Shown here: piece by piece, positions 63,567-64,000 of the stretch
Position numbering within the stretch: position 1 is the stretch's first letter
How the letters are laid out: the number at the start of each line of letters is the position of its first letter
Origin: [Candidatus Thermochlorobacteriaceae] bacterium GBChlB
Lineage (GTDB): Bacteria > Bacteroidota > Chlorobiia > Chlorobiales > Thermochlorobacteraceae
Length of the DNA: 64,000 nucleotides
Reading direction: 5' to 3'
Assembly: GCA_000724175.1 (NCBI GenBank)
Contig: JPGV01000018.1
Location: forward strand, 15,647 to 79,646
Made by a program: the position numbers and the translations under genes
The notes under the pieces: generated by a model
Seen by the model: the letters and a program-made list of their open reading frames with translations, nothing else
Told to the model about the DNA's origin: nothing
Databases searched by the model: none

Positions 63567-64000
63567 TTATTTTTTGGAAGCTGTTTGTTCCCGTTCCGCC
63601 AAGCGTTCCTGAAATTCGAAAAATAACTGCTCAATTTTCAATTGTAGTTTGGCAAGTTCCTCGTTGTTGGTAGAAGCTCCCGAATTCTTAAGTCCGAGAT
63701 ACAGTTCTGCAAAGTCATCGGCAAGCGGCTCAATTCTGTTCGCAATCTCCAATAACATTCCGTCTTTAATTGTCAGAGCTTGTTGTTTAAGCAACAAGGC
63801 TATGCAACGCATATTCAATGAACTTGTCCGGCGGGTTGATACTTCCGCTTCGCTACAATTCGAAGGTGAGAGTTCCAAGAATGATGCATTGATTTGCATT
63901 TGCGGTTTGACTGCCGCGCCAAATGTTGGCAAAATTGCGACAGCAGGCTTTTGAACTACCATCATATTGAGTTTGGCGCGCTGCATCAGCATTTTCGACG
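63567..64000 (-). CDS. Hypothetical helical protein, probably 5'-truncated by the window edge
   Basis: The track ORF is 63567..63992 and the frame stays open to position 64000. The C-terminal 92 aa resemble the C-terminal module of the TPR protein. Confidence 0.45.
   Translation of the reverse strand, partial: SKMLMQRAKLNMMVVQKPAVAILPTFGAAVKPQMQINASFLELSPSNCSEAEVSTRRTSSLNMRCIALLLKQQALTIKDGMLLEIANRIEPLADDFAELYLGLKNSGASTNNEELAKLQLKIEQLFFEFQERLAEREQTASKK

Noticed and set aside
63391-63612. 73-aa plus-strand ORF antisense to the peptide / signal-peptide region.
   Set aside because: It would be transcribed against the tightly packed minus-strand operon. It has a TTG start and no motif, and its sequence is simply the reverse-complement reading of the signal-peptide region.

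Overview
64-kb chromosomal segment (about 50% G+C by eye) from a Gram-negative bacterium. It is probably an FCB-group organism (Bacteroidota/Chlorobiota/Ignavibacteriota-like). This is inferred from recurrent TAnnTTTG-type -7 promoter boxes, mostly weak Shine-Dalgarno sequences, a propeller/Y_Y_Y sensor and a CarboxypepD_reg-type TonB receptor. I support about 60 protein genes and one tRNA (Asn-GTT). I saw no rRNA, CRISPR array, transposase, integrase or prophage genes. Most of the window is housekeeping. This includes ispE (partial), lptB, secDF, tig, obg, xseB, an E. coli-like yceD-rpmF-plsX-fabH-fabD-fabG-acpP-fabF-rnc block, transporters (MFS, PiT, BioY, ABC) and a surface-glycan cluster (DegT aminotransferase, several glycosyltransferases, GT9). 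It also includes an egtB-egtD ergothioneine pair and an NfeD/flotillin pair. Two regions stand out. (1) 5.9-11.4 kb holds a SiaA/B/C/D-like Thr-phospho partner switch driving a GGDEF cyclase, but its PP2C phosphatase carries a periplasmic double-propeller/Y_Y_Y sensor. (2) 61.5-64.0 kb at the window edge is AT-richer. It encodes a stand-alone, membrane-anchored C39 cysteine peptidase with an intact catalytic set, translationally coupled to an exported TPR protein. These are preceded by a short Cys/Trp-rich ORF with a double-glycine-type leader (LSDEQLDGVSG) and by an overlapping ORF that looks like a Sec signal peptide. No PCAT ABC transporter or modification enzyme is visible. I regard this as the best candidate for an undescribed system. 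All functional calls come from reading the translated ORFs and motifs from memory; no database search was possible.
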